Shown here: piece after piece, positions 13,614 to 15,189 of the stretch
Position numbering within the stretch: position 1 is the first letter of the stretch
How the letters are laid out: the number at the start of each line of letters is the position of its first letter
Assembly (NCBI GenBank): GCA_050330975.1
Contig: JBHJHK010000090.1
Location: 1-15,189 of the forward strand
Length of the DNA stretch: 15,189 nt
Reading direction: 5' to 3'
Source of the DNA: Candidatus Competibacterales bacterium
GTDB taxonomy: Bacteria > Pseudomonadota > Gammaproteobacteria > Competibacterales > Competibacteraceae
The notes under the pieces: generated by a model
Databases searched by the model: none
Told to the model about the DNA's origin: nothing
Seen by the model: the letters and a program-made list of their open reading frames with translations, nothing else
Made by a program: the position numbers and the translations under genes

Positions 13614-15002
13614 TTGAGACCGATGCCTCTTGGCGCCCTCGGGGGGATCGCCCTCCTCGGCGCCGGCCTCTGGACGACGGGGTGGACGGCGCCGGGGGCG
13701 TTGTCTCCCCCCTCGGTGGCGGTGGGGGCGGCGTTGTTCAAGGCCGACCACCCCAAGGCCGGCCCGCTCCTCAACGCCGCCGCCTGTAGCGCCTGCCACG
13801 CCGGCGGGGGTCGGGGCGACGCTCCGGCGGCCAGTGGTCCCTTGCCGGCGGCGGTGGTGTTGCGCTTGAGTGCCCCCGCCCGCCGCCGCACCGGAGAACC
13901 GGCCCCCGATGTCCGCTACGGCGACCAGCTCCAACCCCTATCCCACCACCCCCACCACCCCGGGCTGGGACTGGGGGAGGGACGCATCGACGTGGTGTAC
14001 CGCCCCGTGGAGGGTCGTTATGCAGACGGCACCCCCTACACCCTGCGGGCTCCGGTGTACCGGGTGCGCGGTCTGGCCCACGGCCCCCTGGGGGAGGGGG
14101 TGACCTTTTCGGTGCGCAGCGCCCCGGCGGTGGTGGGGCTAGGGGCCCTCCAGGCCATTCCGGCCACGGAACTCGCCGCCCGCGCCGACCCCTTTGACGC
14201 CGACGGCGACGGCATCTCCGGGCGGATCAACTGGGTGTGGGACATCTTAGAAGCTCGCCACGCCCCGGGGCGCTTTGGCCACAAGGGGGAGATGCCCTCG
14301 TTGGTCCAGCAGATCGCCGGGGCCCTGTGGAGCGACATGGGGGTCACCAGTCCTCTGTTTCCCTGGCCGGTGTGCACCGCCGTCCAGGGGGATTGTTTGG
14401 CCCGGGTCGATTTCGCCGTGCTCGACGCCGACGGCGGCCAGTTGGCGGCCCTAGAGGCCTTTCACCTCGCCCTGCCGCCCCCCGCCCGGCGCGGCTATCC
14501 CCAAGACCCCGAGGTGCGCCGGGGGGCCGAGTTGTTCGAGGGGTTGAATTGCAGTACCTGCCACACGCCTCGCCAGCGGGTGGGTCCCATCCGCCCGTCG
14601 CCCCTGGCCAGTGGCTTGCAGCGGACGGGGCGCGGCGCCGTACCCCGCCCCCCCGGGGGGATAATTTGGCCCTACACCGACCTATTGCTCCACGATATGG
14701 GGGGGGACTGCGACCCCGTGGTCCAAGAGGGGGACGCCTGGGTCCAGCGCTGCACCGGGCTCGCCGACGGTCGGGTGGTATTCGACGCCTCGGGCCGAGA
14801 ATGGCGCACCCCGCCCCTGTGGGGGCTGGGGTGGGCCAAGGCCCTCAATCCCGAGATGGGCTACCTCCACGACGGCCGCGCCCGGACTTTGGAAGAAGCG
14901 ATCCTGTGGCACGGCGGCGAGGGCACCGCGGCGAGGGAGGGATTCCGCCAGCTGACGGCGGCCCAGCGCCGGGCGCTGCTGCGGTTTTTGGCTTCCCTTT
15001 GA
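13614..15002 (+). CDS. DUF1111 di-haem cytochrome c paralog C
   Basis: CSACH and CSTCH motifs; same conserved blocks as A and B. TTG 13614 is preceded by GAGGAGGA 13601-13608 at 5-nt spacing; ATG 13623 is the alternative. Stop 15000-15002. Confidence 0.8.
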   Translation: MRPMPLGALGGIALLGAGLWTTGWTAPGALSPPSVAVGAALFKADHPKAGPLLNAAACSACHAGGGRGDAPAASGPLPAAVVLRLSAPARRRTGEPAPDVRYGDQLQPLSHHPHHPGLGLGEGRIDVVYRPVEGRYADGTPYTLRAPVYRVRGLAHGPLGEGVTFSVRSAPAVVGLGALQAIPATELAARADPFDADGDGISGRINWVWDILEARHAPGRFGHKGEMPSLVQQIAGALWSDMGVTSPLFPWPVCTAVQGDCLARVDFAVLDADGGQLAALEAFHLALPPPARRGYPQDPEVRRGAELFEGLNCSTCHTPRQRVGPIRPSPLASGLQRTGRGAVPRPPGGIIWPYTDLLLHDMGGDCDPVVQEGDAWVQRCTGLADGRVVFDASGREWRTPPLWGLGWAKALNPEMGYLHDGRARTLEEAILWHGGEGTAAREGFRQLTAAQRRALLRFLASL

Positions 15003-15121
15003 GCCCGTGGAGACCGCGCCCTACCGTCGAGTCGTCCGTCGGGGAATGCTGCTTGTACGTCCCATAGCCGCTATCCTATGGGGCCATTGTTCGCCCCCAA
15101 AAGAGCCCTAGAGCGCACCCC

Positions 15122-15189
15122 ATGGCCGACACCGACCACGCCTACAAATTGCTCTTTTCCCATCGAGAGGCCGTCATCGATTTGGTGAA
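15122..15189 (+). CDS. 5' end of an Rpn/YhgA-like (PD-(D/E)XK, transposase_31 family) putative transposase/nuclease; continues beyond the window
   Basis: MADTDHAYKLLFSHREAVIDLV... resembles the N-terminal H-D-x-x-(F/Y)-K-x-L-F-S-x-P-E motif of Rpn-family proteins. Only 22 codons are visible. Confidence 0.3.
   Translation, partial: MADTDHAYKLLFSHREAVIDLV

Noticed and set aside
1-15189. CRISPR arrays, rRNA genes, integrase or attachment-site repeats next to the tRNA
   Set aside because: No regularly spaced direct repeats, no rRNA-like conserved strings, and no copy of the tRNA 3' end found downstream by eye.

Overview
High-GC (~68-70%) bacterial chromosomal window; almost all genes are on the + strand. 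From 5' to 3' it holds: the 3' end of an ECF sigma factor overlapping (ATGA) an RskA-like anti-sigma factor; an AT-rich promoter-like stretch followed by a GC-rich structured region that ends in a strong rho-independent terminator (candidate sRNA); a tRNA with a CAT anticodon; a cytoplasmic SPFH/band-7 protein with a triplicated N-terminal module; a small divergent gene on the - strand; then a run of operons, each preceded by one copy of the same ~33-bp operator-like motif. These operons are: (i) a His/Tyr-rich two-helix protein overlapping a Pro-rich tail-anchored small protein, followed after ~60 nt by an unusually short P1-type P-type ATPase whose CPC motif is replaced by YGC; (ii) a stand-alone HMA_2-like domain protein and a Cys-rich coiled-coil ORF joined to a DUF2325 ORF only across a C7 frameshift, plus a hypothetical protein coupled by GTGA; (iii) an imelysin (IrpA / peptidase M75-like) protein followed by three tandem di-haem DUF1111 paralogs. 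The first DUF1111 paralog is broken by a 64-bp insertion flanked by perfect 29-bp direct repeats. The window ends with the first codons of an Rpn/YhgA-like putative transposase. The operator motif is two adjacent 6-3-6 palindromes; the first half matches the alphaproteobacterial Irr 'ICE' box (TTTAGAA-N3-TTCTAAA) and the second is loosely Fur-like. That points to one iron/metal-responsive regulon linking otherwise unrelated genes. Most long - strand ORFs in the track are GC-rich shadow ORFs. No CRISPR array or rRNA was seen.
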